A stretch of DNA of 64,000 nt, taken from positions 64,001-128,000 of the forward strand of contig NZ_CP186926.1 in NCBI RefSeq assembly GCF_049554935.1, read 5' to 3'. Position numbers and translations under genes: made by a program. Shown piece by piece: positions 55,514 to 64,000 of this stretch. Under the pieces are notes generated by a model. That model ran no database searches and was not told where the DNA came from. It worked only from the letters and a program-made list of their open reading frames with translations. The stretch comes from Methanocaldococcus indicus. Lineage in GTDB: Archaea > AGJL01 > Methanococci > Methanococcales > Methanocaldococcaceae. Numbering within the stretch: the stretch's first letter is position 1; each line of letters begins with the position of its first letter.

Positions 55514-56691
55514 TATTTCTTACCTTTTTTCTTCTTATCTTTCTTTTTTTTCTTAAATTTCTTTTTAATCTTTTTACTTTCTTTTTTCTTTTTCTTTTTT
55601 GGTGGTTTAGGATACTTTCTTTTAATCTCCTCTACTCTTTTCATTAGTTTTTCATACAACTCATCAGCAATATAGTCCTTATCAAAATCTGCTCTTGCTG
55701 CAATAGCCAACTTACATGCTAATGCTCTTGCAATCTTTCCTCTTTGCCATTTTGGAGAGTTGTAAATTAAAGGATGATTGTAGATAACTCCATGCTTTGG
55801 TGAAGGTGTTCCTTTCCTAAGATGTGCAAATAATGCCTTCTCTGCCCCTAAAACTTGTATTGTTGATGCTGGCATCTTTGAAAGCTTTTCTAATCCTCCA
55901 GCTAAACAAATTAGTTTTGCCCCTAATGTTGTTCCAGCCAATTTTTTTAAGTTAGGTGCTTCTTCACTCATTAATTTATCTAAATAGTTGTATAGTTCTT
56001 TTCTTATTTGATAGAGATGTGCTATATCTTTTGAAAAGTTGGAGACAACGTCTAAATCATAACTTTCAAATTCAGCTCCCATTGATTCCTTAGCAGATTT
56101 TTCTACTTTCTTAGCCAACTTTTCTGGAATATAGTTCTTTAATATTTCTTTATCAAAGTTCTTCCTTTCTTTAAGTTCTGAAACAAGTTTAACATATACA
56201 TCATGGTTCTCTACTAAATCATCCAACTCAGGGAAATATAAGGAATACCACTCTCTCAATCTTTCAGATAAGAGATTTAAAACTTTATCTAAATCAGATA
56301 TTGCCTCAGAAACTTGAATAATTATTTTGTCTCTTCTTTCAGAATATATTTTTATTAACTTCTTAGTTAGTTCTAAGTTCCAATTGTGCATTTTACTTTT
56401 AAAGTCATCATAATCTTTGAAATATCCTAACTCCTTTCCAATATTAAAGAGATTATCTCTTAAAAATATCCCTATATTAAATGGCTCACTACTCAAAATT
56501 TCTAATTTAACATCTCCCCACTCATTTCTTAATTCTTCTAAAATTTTTAATGGATTTGTTCTTATTTTTAGTAAATAATCAACTATCTCATCTTTTTTAA
56601 TTAACTTTTTAAATTTTATATCTTCAAAATTTTTTATTTTGTCATCTTCAACTCCAAATATTCCAAAAGGTGCAAAAGCTACATAAATCAT
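55513..56691 (-). CDS. nop5: Box C/D sRNP protein Nop5 (Nop56/58)
   Basis: ERLREWY, PASTIQVLGAEKALF, PKHG, Lys-rich tail. Confidence 0.95.
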   Translation of the reverse strand: MIYVAFAPFGIFGVEDDKIKNFEDIKFKKLIKKDEIVDYLLKIRTNPLKILEELRNEWGDVKLEILSSEPFNIGIFLRDNLFNIGKELGYFKDYDDFKSKMHNWNLELTKKLIKIYSERRDKIIIQVSEAISDLDKVLNLLSERLREWYSLYFPELDDLVENHDVYVKLVSELKERKNFDKEILKNYIPEKLAKKVEKSAKESMGAEFESYDLDVVSNFSKDIAHLYQIRKELYNYLDKLMSEEAPNLKKLAGTTLGAKLICLAGGLEKLSKMPASTIQVLGAEKALFAHLRKGTPSPKHGVIYNHPLIYNSPKWQRGKIARALACKLAIAARADFDKDYIADELYEKLMKRVEEIKRKYPKPPKKKKKKESKKIKKKFKKKKKDKKKKGKK

Positions 56692-56724
56692 AATTAAACA
56701 CCAAAAAAAGTTTTTATAAAAAAA

Positions 56725-58059
56725 TTATCCCCTTAATTTCTTCATTGTTTCAATTCTTTTCTTAATTAACTCTAACTTACCTATATCTCTCCTATGATAA
56801 ACCTCTCCATTAATAAACTTAGTAGCTTCTTCAGCTATTCTTTCAGCTTCTTCTATACTATCTGCTACACCTACAACTGCAACTGCTCTTGAACCTGTCA
56901 TTATTAATTTTCCATTCTCTTCATTGACAGCAGCATAATGAAGAATAGCTCCAACTTCTTTTATTTTCTCTTCATCTACATAAATCTCTCTTCCTCTCAC
57001 TGGATTTGTAGGATATCCTCTTGGGACTACATACTTACATACAGTAGCTTTATGTTCAAATTCAACATCTACATTATTAAGGTTTTTATTTACTATTCCC
57101 TTACAAACATCTAAAAAGTTTGTTTTTAGAATAGCTAAGATGTTCATTGCTTCAGGGTCTCCAAATCTTGCATTGTACTCTATAATTTTTGGTCCTTCTT
57201 TTGTTAGCATAAACTGTCCATATAAAATTCCTTTATATCCACCAACTTCTTTTTTAAGAGCTTTTACTGTTTCTTCCATAATTTCCATGGCTTCTTTAAC
57301 ATCATTCTCATTTAGGAATGGTAATGAATGATTTGGACAAGAGTATGAGCCCATTCCCCCAGTAATCTCTCCTTTATCTCCTTCATAAGCATGTGGATGG
57401 TCTTGCACAAATGGAGTAAATTTTATATGTTCCTTATCTACAAATCCATGTAAAGTAAATTCTACTCCCACTAACTTTTCTTCAATTAAAACTTTTCCTC
57501 CACCTAAACCTGTCTCAAAAATTTCCTTTGCATATTTTTTAGCTTCTTCATTATCTTTTAGTTGTTCTCCAACAACTTTAACTCCTTTTCCCCCAGTTAA
57601 TCCAACAGGTTTAACAACAACATCAATACCTTTCTCAGTTAGCTCATCTATAAAACTCTCTAACTCTTCTGAATATTCATCAAAGAACTTATATCTTAAA
57701 GAACCTTTTATATTATACTTTTCAAATAAATTCCTCATAAAGAATTTATCTGTCTCAATTTTAGCAGCTTCTTTGCTTGGTCCAACAGTTGGAATTCCTA
57801 AACTTTCTAATAAATCTACAACTCCTTTCTCTAATGGAGCCTCTGGTCCTACAACAGCCAAGTCAGGATTTACTTTTTTAGCAAACTCTTCCACTTTTTC
57901 TAAATCTGTCTCATTAGCTAAACATATATCCTCTGATAATTTAGCAATTCCAGGATTTTTGTTTTTCATTAAGGTATATAACTTTACATCTTCACTCTTT
58001 TTTAAAGCATGAGCTATTGCACTTTCTCTTCCTCCTCCACCAATTAACAATATTTTCAT
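56725..58059 (-). CDS. purD: Phosphoribosylamine-glycine ligase
   Basis: [32 protein letters not shown]. Confidence 0.97.
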   Translation of the reverse strand: MKILLIGGGGRESAIAHALKKSEDVKLYTLMKNKNPGIAKLSEDICLANETDLEKVEEFAKKVNPDLAVVGPEAPLEKGVVDLLESLGIPTVGPSKEAAKIETDKFFMRNLFEKYNIKGSLRYKFFDEYSEELESFIDELTEKGIDVVVKPVGLTGGKGVKVVGEQLKDNEEAKKYAKEIFETGLGGGKVLIEEKLVGVEFTLHGFVDKEHIKFTPFVQDHPHAYEGDKGEITGGMGSYSCPNHSLPFLNENDVKEAMEIMEETVKALKKEVGGYKGILYGQFMLTKEGPKIIEYNARFGDPEAMNILAILKTNFLDVCKGIVNKNLNNVDVEFEHKATVCKYVVPRGYPTNPVRGREIYVDEEKIKEVGAILHYAAVNEENGKLIMTGSRAVAVVGVADSIEEAERIAEEATKFINGEVYHRRDIGKLELIKKRIETMKKLRG

Positions 58060-58565
58060 TCTTCTTCACCTAATCTATATTCTTTATACTCTTTACTTTT
58101 TGTATCTAAAATACCTATAGTAGCTTCTCCAGTAAGATAACCACAACATTCTCCTGGATTTATAACTAATGTATTATTTATACTTTCAAAAACCTTTTTA
58201 TGTGTGTGCCCATAAACAACAATATCATATAAACCAGAGTTTATAGCTGTATCTAAAACAGTGTTATAATGTCCATGTGTTATAAAAAACTTTAAATCAT
58301 CTATCTCAACAGCTAAAAATTCATCTATTTCATTATCTTTATTTATGTCCTTTAACCACTCTCTAAGTTTTGCTTTTTCTCCATCATTATTTCCATAAAC
58401 AGCTAATATAGGACATCCTAATTCTTTAAATTCTTTAACAACAAAGAGAGAAACAAAATCCCCACAATGAATAACTAACTCAACATCCTCAGAGTTAAAA
58501 ATATTTATTGCTTCTCTAATCAATGGAAGATTATCATGTGTATCTGAAAATATTCCTATTTTCAT
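58056..58565 (-). CDS. YfcE/MJ0936-type phosphodiesterase
   Basis: SDTHDN, HCGD, GNNDG, THG, GHTH, INPGE. Confidence 0.92.
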   Translation of the reverse strand: MKIGIFSDTHDNLPLIREAINIFNSEDVELVIHCGDFVSLFVVKEFKELGCPILAVYGNNDGEKAKLREWLKDINKDNEIDEFLAVEIDDLKFFITHGHYNTVLDTAINSGLYDIVVYGHTHKKVFESINNTLVINPGECCGYLTGEATIGILDTKSKEYKEYRLGEEE

Positions 58566-58619
58566 AGCTCTCACCTCCTAAAATATAATATTAATAATTT
58601 TTATTTATAGACTTTCTTC

Positions 58620-59038
58620 ATAATTAAGTTTTTAAAATAATTATTTATAGTTCTATATATTTGGATGATAATTACACGCTAAAAATCTTTATTTTTTAAT
58701 TTTATTAAGTTTTATTTGTTTATTTTTAATTTAGAGGATTTTTAGGAAAATTCAAAGGGGTCTATATTTTTGAATATTTTATATATTTTGATTATATAAT
58801 TTATTGAGATTTTTTAGTGTTTTATGTTATTTCTTTTAATATTTGAAAAATCCTTGATAAATTGGTCTAATTTTTAGATATAAAAAATTTTTAATTGAAA
58901 AATATGGAATAGAAAGATTTTTACAAAAGTTCAAAGGTATATAAATAAATAGGGAAACCTACCCTTCGAAAATTTTTATGTAGAAAAGCTTATATATGAG
59001 AAGGTCGTTAATGTTATTATGTCTAAAATGTGCCTCCT
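58620..59038 (+). promoter_or_regulatory. CRISPR leader (long AT-rich non-coding region with BRE/TATA)
   Basis: About 420 bp with no ORF, directly before repeat 1; GAAAAGCTTATATAT at 58983-58997. The left boundary is approximate. Confidence 0.72.
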
Positions 59039-59135
59039 GTTAAAATCGAGCCTCTTGGAGGATGGAAGTAGGAAAGTTGATTGTGAGCAAGTATTGAAAA
59101 AGTTGTTAAAATCGAGCCTCTTGGAGGATGGAAAT
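59039..59135 (+). CRISPR. Minimal CRISPR array: two 31-bp repeats and one 35-bp spacer
   Basis: GTTAAAATCGAGCCTCTTGGAGGATGGAA(G/A)T at 59039-59069 and 59105-59135; spacer AGGAAAGTTGATTGTGAGCAAGTATTGAAAAAGTT; Methanocaldococcus-type GTTAAAATC...ATGGAAA ends. Confidence 0.9.
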
Positions 59136-59204
59136 AAATAAAAATATTTTTAACGTAATATTACTATATGCAAATAAATAAATATAAAAAACTAAAAAAA
59201 TTAA

Positions 59205-60377
59205 TTATTTGACTCTTCTAAATAAAACATCTTGTAATCCAAAGTACTTAACTATCCCAGCTAATTCTTGTTGATTTATTTCCTTATCATCAAAAGAAAC
59301 CATTTCCTGCCTATACAATGAATATGGACTATCTCTTGCAATTACTCTTAAACTACCACCAAATAATTTTAACATAACTGTTCCAGTAACTCTTTCTTGT
59401 GTCTTATCTATAAAAGCATCTAAATCCTCTTTTAAAGCTCCAAACCACAAACCTTTATATATCAAATCTGCATAAACCTCCTCTACTATTTGCTTAAACA
59501 TTAGTTCATCCTTTGTTAGGACTAACTGTTCCAAAGCTTTATGTGCCTCTATCAATAAAATAGCTCCTGGACATTCATAGTTTTCTCTTGATTTTAGCCC
59601 AATAATTCTATCTTCTATAATATCTATTCTACCTATTCCATGTTTTCCAGCTATCTCATTTGCTCTCTTTATTAATTCAACATAATCTAACTCTTCTCCA
59701 TTTATTTTTATAGGAATCCCTTCTTTAAATTCTATCTCTACTATTTCCTCCTCTTTATCCTCAGTTGGATTTTTTGTCCATGCATATATCTCTTCTGGAG
59801 GAATATAGTTAGGATTCTCTAACTCTCCTCCTTCTATACTTCTACCCCATAAGTTCTCATCAATACTATACTTCTTACTCTCTGTTGGAATTGGAATTCC
59901 TTTCTTTTTTGCATACTCTATTTCTTCCTGTCTTGTTAAGTTTAATTCTCTAATTGGTGCAATAATTTTTACATTTGGATGAAGCATTCTTATGGTTGTT
60001 TCAAATCTAAACTGGTCATTTCCTTTTCCAGTACATCCATGAGCAATTGCCTCAGCTCCTTCTTTTTTAGCTATTTCAACAACCTTCTTAGCTATTAATG
60101 GCCTTGCCAATGCTGTTGAGAGTGGATAACCTTCATATAGGGCATTTGCTTTTATAGCCCTAAATATATAATCCTTAACAAACTCTTCCTTTGCATCTAT
60201 TGTATAGTGTTTAAGAACTCCTAAATTCTTAGCTTTCTCTTCAACCTCTTTTAACTCTTCCTCAGGTAATCCTACATCTACACAGACAGATATAACTTTA
60301 TAGCCCATGTCCTCTAACAATTTTAAACAGCAACTTGTATCTAACCCTCCTGAATATGCCAATACTGCTTTTTTCAT
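59205..60377 (-). CDS. argG: Argininosuccinate synthase
   Basis: [31 protein letters not shown]. Confidence 0.97.
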   Translation of the reverse strand: MKKAVLAYSGGLDTSCCLKLLEDMGYKVISVCVDVGLPEEELKEVEEKAKNLGVLKHYTIDAKEEFVKDYIFRAIKANALYEGYPLSTALARPLIAKKVVEIAKKEGAEAIAHGCTGKGNDQFRFETTIRMLHPNVKIIAPIRELNLTRQEEIEYAKKKGIPIPTESKKYSIDENLWGRSIEGGELENPNYIPPEEIYAWTKNPTEDKEEEIVEIEFKEGIPIKINGEELDYVELIKRANEIAGKHGIGRIDIIEDRIIGLKSRENYECPGAILLIEAHKALEQLVLTKDELMFKQIVEEVYADLIYKGLWFGALKEDLDAFIDKTQERVTGTVMLKLFGGSLRVIARDSPYSLYRQEMVSFDDKEINQQELAGIVKYFGLQDVLFRRVK

Positions 60378-61945
60378 TTAATATCCCTCCAAAAATCATT
60401 GTAAAATAAATCAAAGTCCTGTTTATACATCTTACCTATCTTTAATGCAATCTCAGCCTTTCCTAACTCCCTCCCTAAATATGCTGAATGTTCTAAACTC
60501 TCAACTAATTTTAATCTTATTATTGTGTCATATATTTCTTTGGCTTTCTTTCCTCTAATAATTAATTTTGGCTTTCTTCTTTCAAAATATATAGCCACAA
60601 TTTCTTTATTTTCTCTATCTATCTCAATCTTAAAACTACCTCTATCTAACTTTAAAGATTTGTTTTCCTCTGCTCTTATAGTAGGAAGATGATAACTTTT
60701 AAATGAACATTCTTCTATAAACCTTTTGTCCTTATATAAAATTAAGTTGTATCCAATATCTTTTGGTAGTGATTTCCTTTTCTTTGCTAAAAACATCATC
60801 TTAGAGGCCGTCTTTAACTCTCTTATTGAATATTTACACTTTGATGATGCCTCAGGAGTAAATAATATATTTGCATTAATCTCCATTGCTATTGCAGTTA
60901 ATAAACCATTAACTCCATGGCTATCTGCATCAAACAACTCACTTACATTCCCAACTCCAAAAAATGTAGGTATGTTGTTTCTCTCTTTGAATAACTTGTA
61001 TGCTATCACACTATCAATAAATTTAAATTCATTGTTTATAGGTTCTAAAATTAAATCAGCTATAACTTTATCAACATCATTGTATAGAAGATAATTTATA
61101 AATTCTTCCATTTTTGAAACTCTTTCCTCTACTGTATTTGGAACATAATTAATATTATAATTTGTTGGCAAAGCCACAACAGCTGTATCAGAATCTTTCA
61201 AATCATTTAATAAATAATCAATATTTCCCATATCAACACTTAATATTAAATCTGCTTCACCAATAGCTTCTTTTAGTTCATATTTATTTAATGTATCTAT
61301 ACTTATTGGTAAGTCAGTTATATCTCTTGCAAATTTTATAAGTTCTTTAACTTTATCTTTATTGTTTTCTCCACTAACCATTCCTAAATCAATCATATCA
61401 GCTCCTGACTCTTCATAATATATAATCTTTTTCTCTAAATCTTTTTTTGGTAAATATATAGAGTGTGCTATCTCACCTAAAACTCTCATAGGAAACTTAT
61501 CTCCAATCTTAATCTTACCTATTTTAAATTGTTCTTTTTCTTTCTCCACCTCCAACAACTCTTTTTCTAATTTCTCTAAAATTAGTCTATTTAGTTTTAT
61601 ATCAGCTGGCTCTATTGGTGAAAGTTCAATATTCTTTATATTTTCTAATAAAAGAGGTAAATCAGCTACATCTCTTGTAGATTTATAACATCTTATACCA
61701 GTCTCATTATAAACTTTATCTAAATTTCCCCTAACTAACCCAGTAACTAAAATAAAATCATAAATTTCATTTAATTTTTTATTTTTCTTTCTTTCTAACT
61801 CTTTTATTTCTTTAATAATTAAATTTGGTGTTAAAAAAGCAGCTACTGATATATCTGCTATATGAACATCTACAAAATTAAACTTTTTAGCAACTTCACT
61901 AACTCTTTTCCCTGCTAATTTACCAGTTATTATCAATATTTTCAT
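60374..61945 (-). CDS. Dihydropteroate-synthase-related protein with C-terminal DUF4346-like domain
   Basis: [48 protein letters not shown]. Confidence 0.85.
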   Translation of the reverse strand: MKILIITGKLAGKRVSEVAKKFNFVDVHIADISVAAFLTPNLIIKEIKELERKKNKKLNEIYDFILVTGLVRGNLDKVYNETGIRCYKSTRDVADLPLLLENIKNIELSPIEPADIKLNRLILEKLEKELLEVEKEKEQFKIGKIKIGDKFPMRVLGEIAHSIYLPKKDLEKKIIYYEESGADMIDLGMVSGENNKDKVKELIKFARDITDLPISIDTLNKYELKEAIGEADLILSVDMGNIDYLLNDLKDSDTAVVALPTNYNINYVPNTVEERVSKMEEFINYLLYNDVDKVIADLILEPINNEFKFIDSVIAYKLFKERNNIPTFFGVGNVSELFDADSHGVNGLLTAIAMEINANILFTPEASSKCKYSIRELKTASKMMFLAKKRKSLPKDIGYNLILYKDKRFIEECSFKSYHLPTIRAEENKSLKLDRGSFKIEIDRENKEIVAIYFERRKPKLIIRGKKAKEIYDTIIRLKLVESLEHSAYLGRELGKAEIALKIGKMYKQDFDLFYNDFWRDIK

Positions 61946-61976
61946 ATCAAACCTCAAAAAATTTATAAATAAAAAT

Positions 61977-63263
61977 TTATAATAAATGAGGAGGAATTAA
62001 ATCCTTAGATATTAAATCTGCATAAGTTTCTCTCTCTCTGATAATATAAACTCCTTTTTTAGATGTTAATATCATTCTTGGTCTTCCTCTTGCATTGTAG
62101 TTGTTTGCCATACTTATTCCATAAGCTCCAACATCAAAAATAATTATTGTATCTCCTACTTCCACTTTATCTAACTCTCTATCTTTTCCAAATATATCAC
62201 TACTCTCACATAACCCTCCTGCTACACTTACAACCTCTTTCTCTCCTTTAACTTTTGCATTTATTATATGATGATATGCTTCATACATTGCTGGCCTTAA
62301 CATATCATTCATTCCTGCATCAACCATAACCCACTTACATGATGTCTCTTTAATATGATGAACCTTAGTTATTAAATAGCCAGCAGTTGCTACTATACTT
62401 CTACCTGGCTCTAAAATTAGGTTAGGAATCTCAACTTTATCTTCAAACTCATATATTGTATTAATAATGGCTTTTGCATAATCTTCAACAGTAGGAATTT
62501 CCTTATCTTTGTAGTATGGAACTCCTAAACCTCCTCCTAAATTTAAATCTCTAACTTCAATTCCTTCATTTTTTAACTCAACAATAAACTCCATCATCTT
62601 TCTTGTTTCTTCAATAAATGGTGATACATCAGTTATTTGGGAGCCAATATGACAGTGTATGCCAACAAAATTAACATTCTCCATTTCCAAAGCCATTTTT
62701 ATAGCTTTCTTAGCTAAATCTAATGGGAGTCCAAATTTACTCTTTTTTAAACCAGTTGAAATCTTAGGATGTGTTTTAGGATTTATATCAGGATTTACTC
62801 TAAAAGCTACATTAGCAACTTTTCCTAACTCCTTAGCAGTTTCATTAATCATAATCAATTCTGAAATAGAATCTACATTAAAAGCCCTTATCTCACTCTC
62901 TACTCCCATAACTATTTCTTCTTTTGTCTTACAATTTCCATTAAAAACTATCTTATCATTATCTACTTTTGATAACTTAGCAATATACAACTCTCCACCA
63001 CTAACAACATCTGCTCCACAACCTAACTTAGTTAATAACCTTGTTATTGCTAAATTAGAATTTGCTTTATATGCATAAGCTAAAATGAAATCCTTTTTAT
63101 AATCTTTAAAAGCTTTGAAATATCTTTCAGCATTTATTTTTATTTGTTCCTCTGACATAACATAAAGAGGAGTTCCAAACTTTTCAGCCAATTCTATAAC
63201 ATTGTAACCATCTATATGAACTACTTTATCTTTAATCTCTAATGTATCATTTCCTAAAAACAT
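61977..63263 (-). CDS. lysA: Diaminopimelate decarboxylase
   Basis: YAYKAN, HCHIGSQ, LGGG, EPGR, CESSD. Confidence 0.96.
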   Translation of the reverse strand: MFLGNDTLEIKDKVVHIDGYNVIELAEKFGTPLYVMSEEQIKINAERYFKAFKDYKKDFILAYAYKANSNLAITRLLTKLGCGADVVSGGELYIAKLSKVDNDKIVFNGNCKTKEEIVMGVESEIRAFNVDSISELIMINETAKELGKVANVAFRVNPDINPKTHPKISTGLKKSKFGLPLDLAKKAIKMALEMENVNFVGIHCHIGSQITDVSPFIEETRKMMEFIVELKNEGIEVRDLNLGGGLGVPYYKDKEIPTVEDYAKAIINTIYEFEDKVEIPNLILEPGRSIVATAGYLITKVHHIKETSCKWVMVDAGMNDMLRPAMYEAYHHIINAKVKGEKEVVSVAGGLCESSDIFGKDRELDKVEVGDTIIIFDVGAYGISMANNYNARGRPRMILTSKKGVYIIRERETYADLISKDLIPPHLL

Positions 63264-63278
63264 AATTTCACCTCATAC

Positions 63279-64000
63279 TCAGTTTAAAAATATATTTTTT
63301 AATTTTTCATAAAAATTCTTACCTTTAACAAAGTATGTATATTCATCAGATTTTTTAAACATTACTATATCATCCTTTTTTATTTCCTCTTCAACTATAC
63401 CATCAACTGCTATTAAAGCTGGTTTATTGCTTTTTAGCCTAACTTTTATAATATTTCTACATGATAAAACAAGAGGTCTGAAATTTAATTTAAATGGACA
63501 TATTGGTGTTATTATAAAGTTGTTATTTGTTGGTTCAACTATTGGACCTCCTGCACTTAAAGAATAAGCAGTTGAACCAGTTGGAGTAGAAATAATTAAT
63601 CCATCAGCTCTTAAATCATCTACCAAAGTGTCATTTACATATATCTCAAAATGCAAAATCTTAGCAGGATTCTTTGTTATTATAACTACTTCATTTAAAG
63701 CAGAAGGTAATTTCTTACTATTAATTATTGTATCTAACTTTATTCTTCTTTCTATTTCATAATCTCCTTTTATCACTTTATTAATTGCTTCCTTTGCATT
63801 CTCTTTATCAAATTCAGCTAAAAATCCAAGTTTTCCCATATTTATTGAAATTATTGGGATAGGTTCTCCATTTGCTATTCTTGCAGCTCTTAAAATAGTC
63901 CCATCTCCTCCAATTGCAACAATATGAGATATTTTTTTAATATTTATCTTTTCCTCATTAATTAGATTTTTTATATTCTCTTTAACATAACAAGGGATAT
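63279..64000 (-). CDS. nadK: NAD kinase domain (5' part outside the window; possibly the bifunctional NADP phosphatase/NAD kinase)
   Basis: Frame is open to the window edge and contains AIGGDGTILRA, LNE and ADGLIISTPTGSTAYSLSAGG. Confidence 0.93.
   Translation of the reverse strand, partial: IPCYVKENIKNLINEEKINIKKISHIVAIGGDGTILRAARIANGEPIPIISINMGKLGFLAEFDKENAKEAINKVIKGDYEIERRIKLDTIINSKKLPSALNEVVIITKNPAKILHFEIYVNDTLVDDLRADGLIISTPTGSTAYSLSAGGPIVEPTNNNFIITPICPFKLNFRPLVLSCRNIIKVRLKSNKPALIAVDGIVEEEIKKDDIVMFKKSDEYTYFVKGKNFYEKLKNIFLN

Noticed and set aside
55515-55600. Low-complexity T-rich tract as a repeat element
   Set aside because: It encodes the usual Lys-rich tail of Nop5.
59070-59104. Spacer self-targeting the vhuU SECIS (shared TTGTGAGCA)
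   Set aside because: Only a 9-nt match, expected by chance; no longer match seen in the window.

Overview
Gene-dense, AT-rich (about 29% GC by eye) chromosomal segment of a hyperthermophilic methanogen of the Methanocaldococcus type. The assignment rests on hdrBC, the hdrA-vhuDGAUB cluster, atwA, mtxX, methanogenesis marker 12, mfnA, archaeal ribosomal proteins and an archaeal Hfq. Most of the window is housekeeping. The ORF track misses or splits several real elements: selenoprotein genes hdrA (1 UGA), vhuD (2 UGA) and vhuU (1 UGA) with two GAA/A-type archaeal SECIS hairpins, rpl39e, a truncated VapC/PIN toxin behind an intact-looking antitoxin, and a frameshifted livF. Accessory DNA: an intact IS6 element with terminal inverted repeats and a 7-bp target duplication, an MjaI-like (CTAG) restriction-modification cassette, an Fe3+-type ABC importer, and an orphan one-spacer CRISPR with a long leader. 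Best leads for something undescribed: (1) a symmetric double kink-turn RNA in the rps6e leader; (2) hdrA has no canonical SECIS of its own, but has a GC-rich hairpin just after its UGA and a tandem-GA element in its 3' UTR; (3) a CARF-like/wHTH gene divergent from a gamma-glutamylcyclotransferase, wHTH-fused class II amidotransferase, TM2 membrane protein operon. No tRNA or rRNA genes were seen. All homology calls come from motif recognition and memory; no database search was run.
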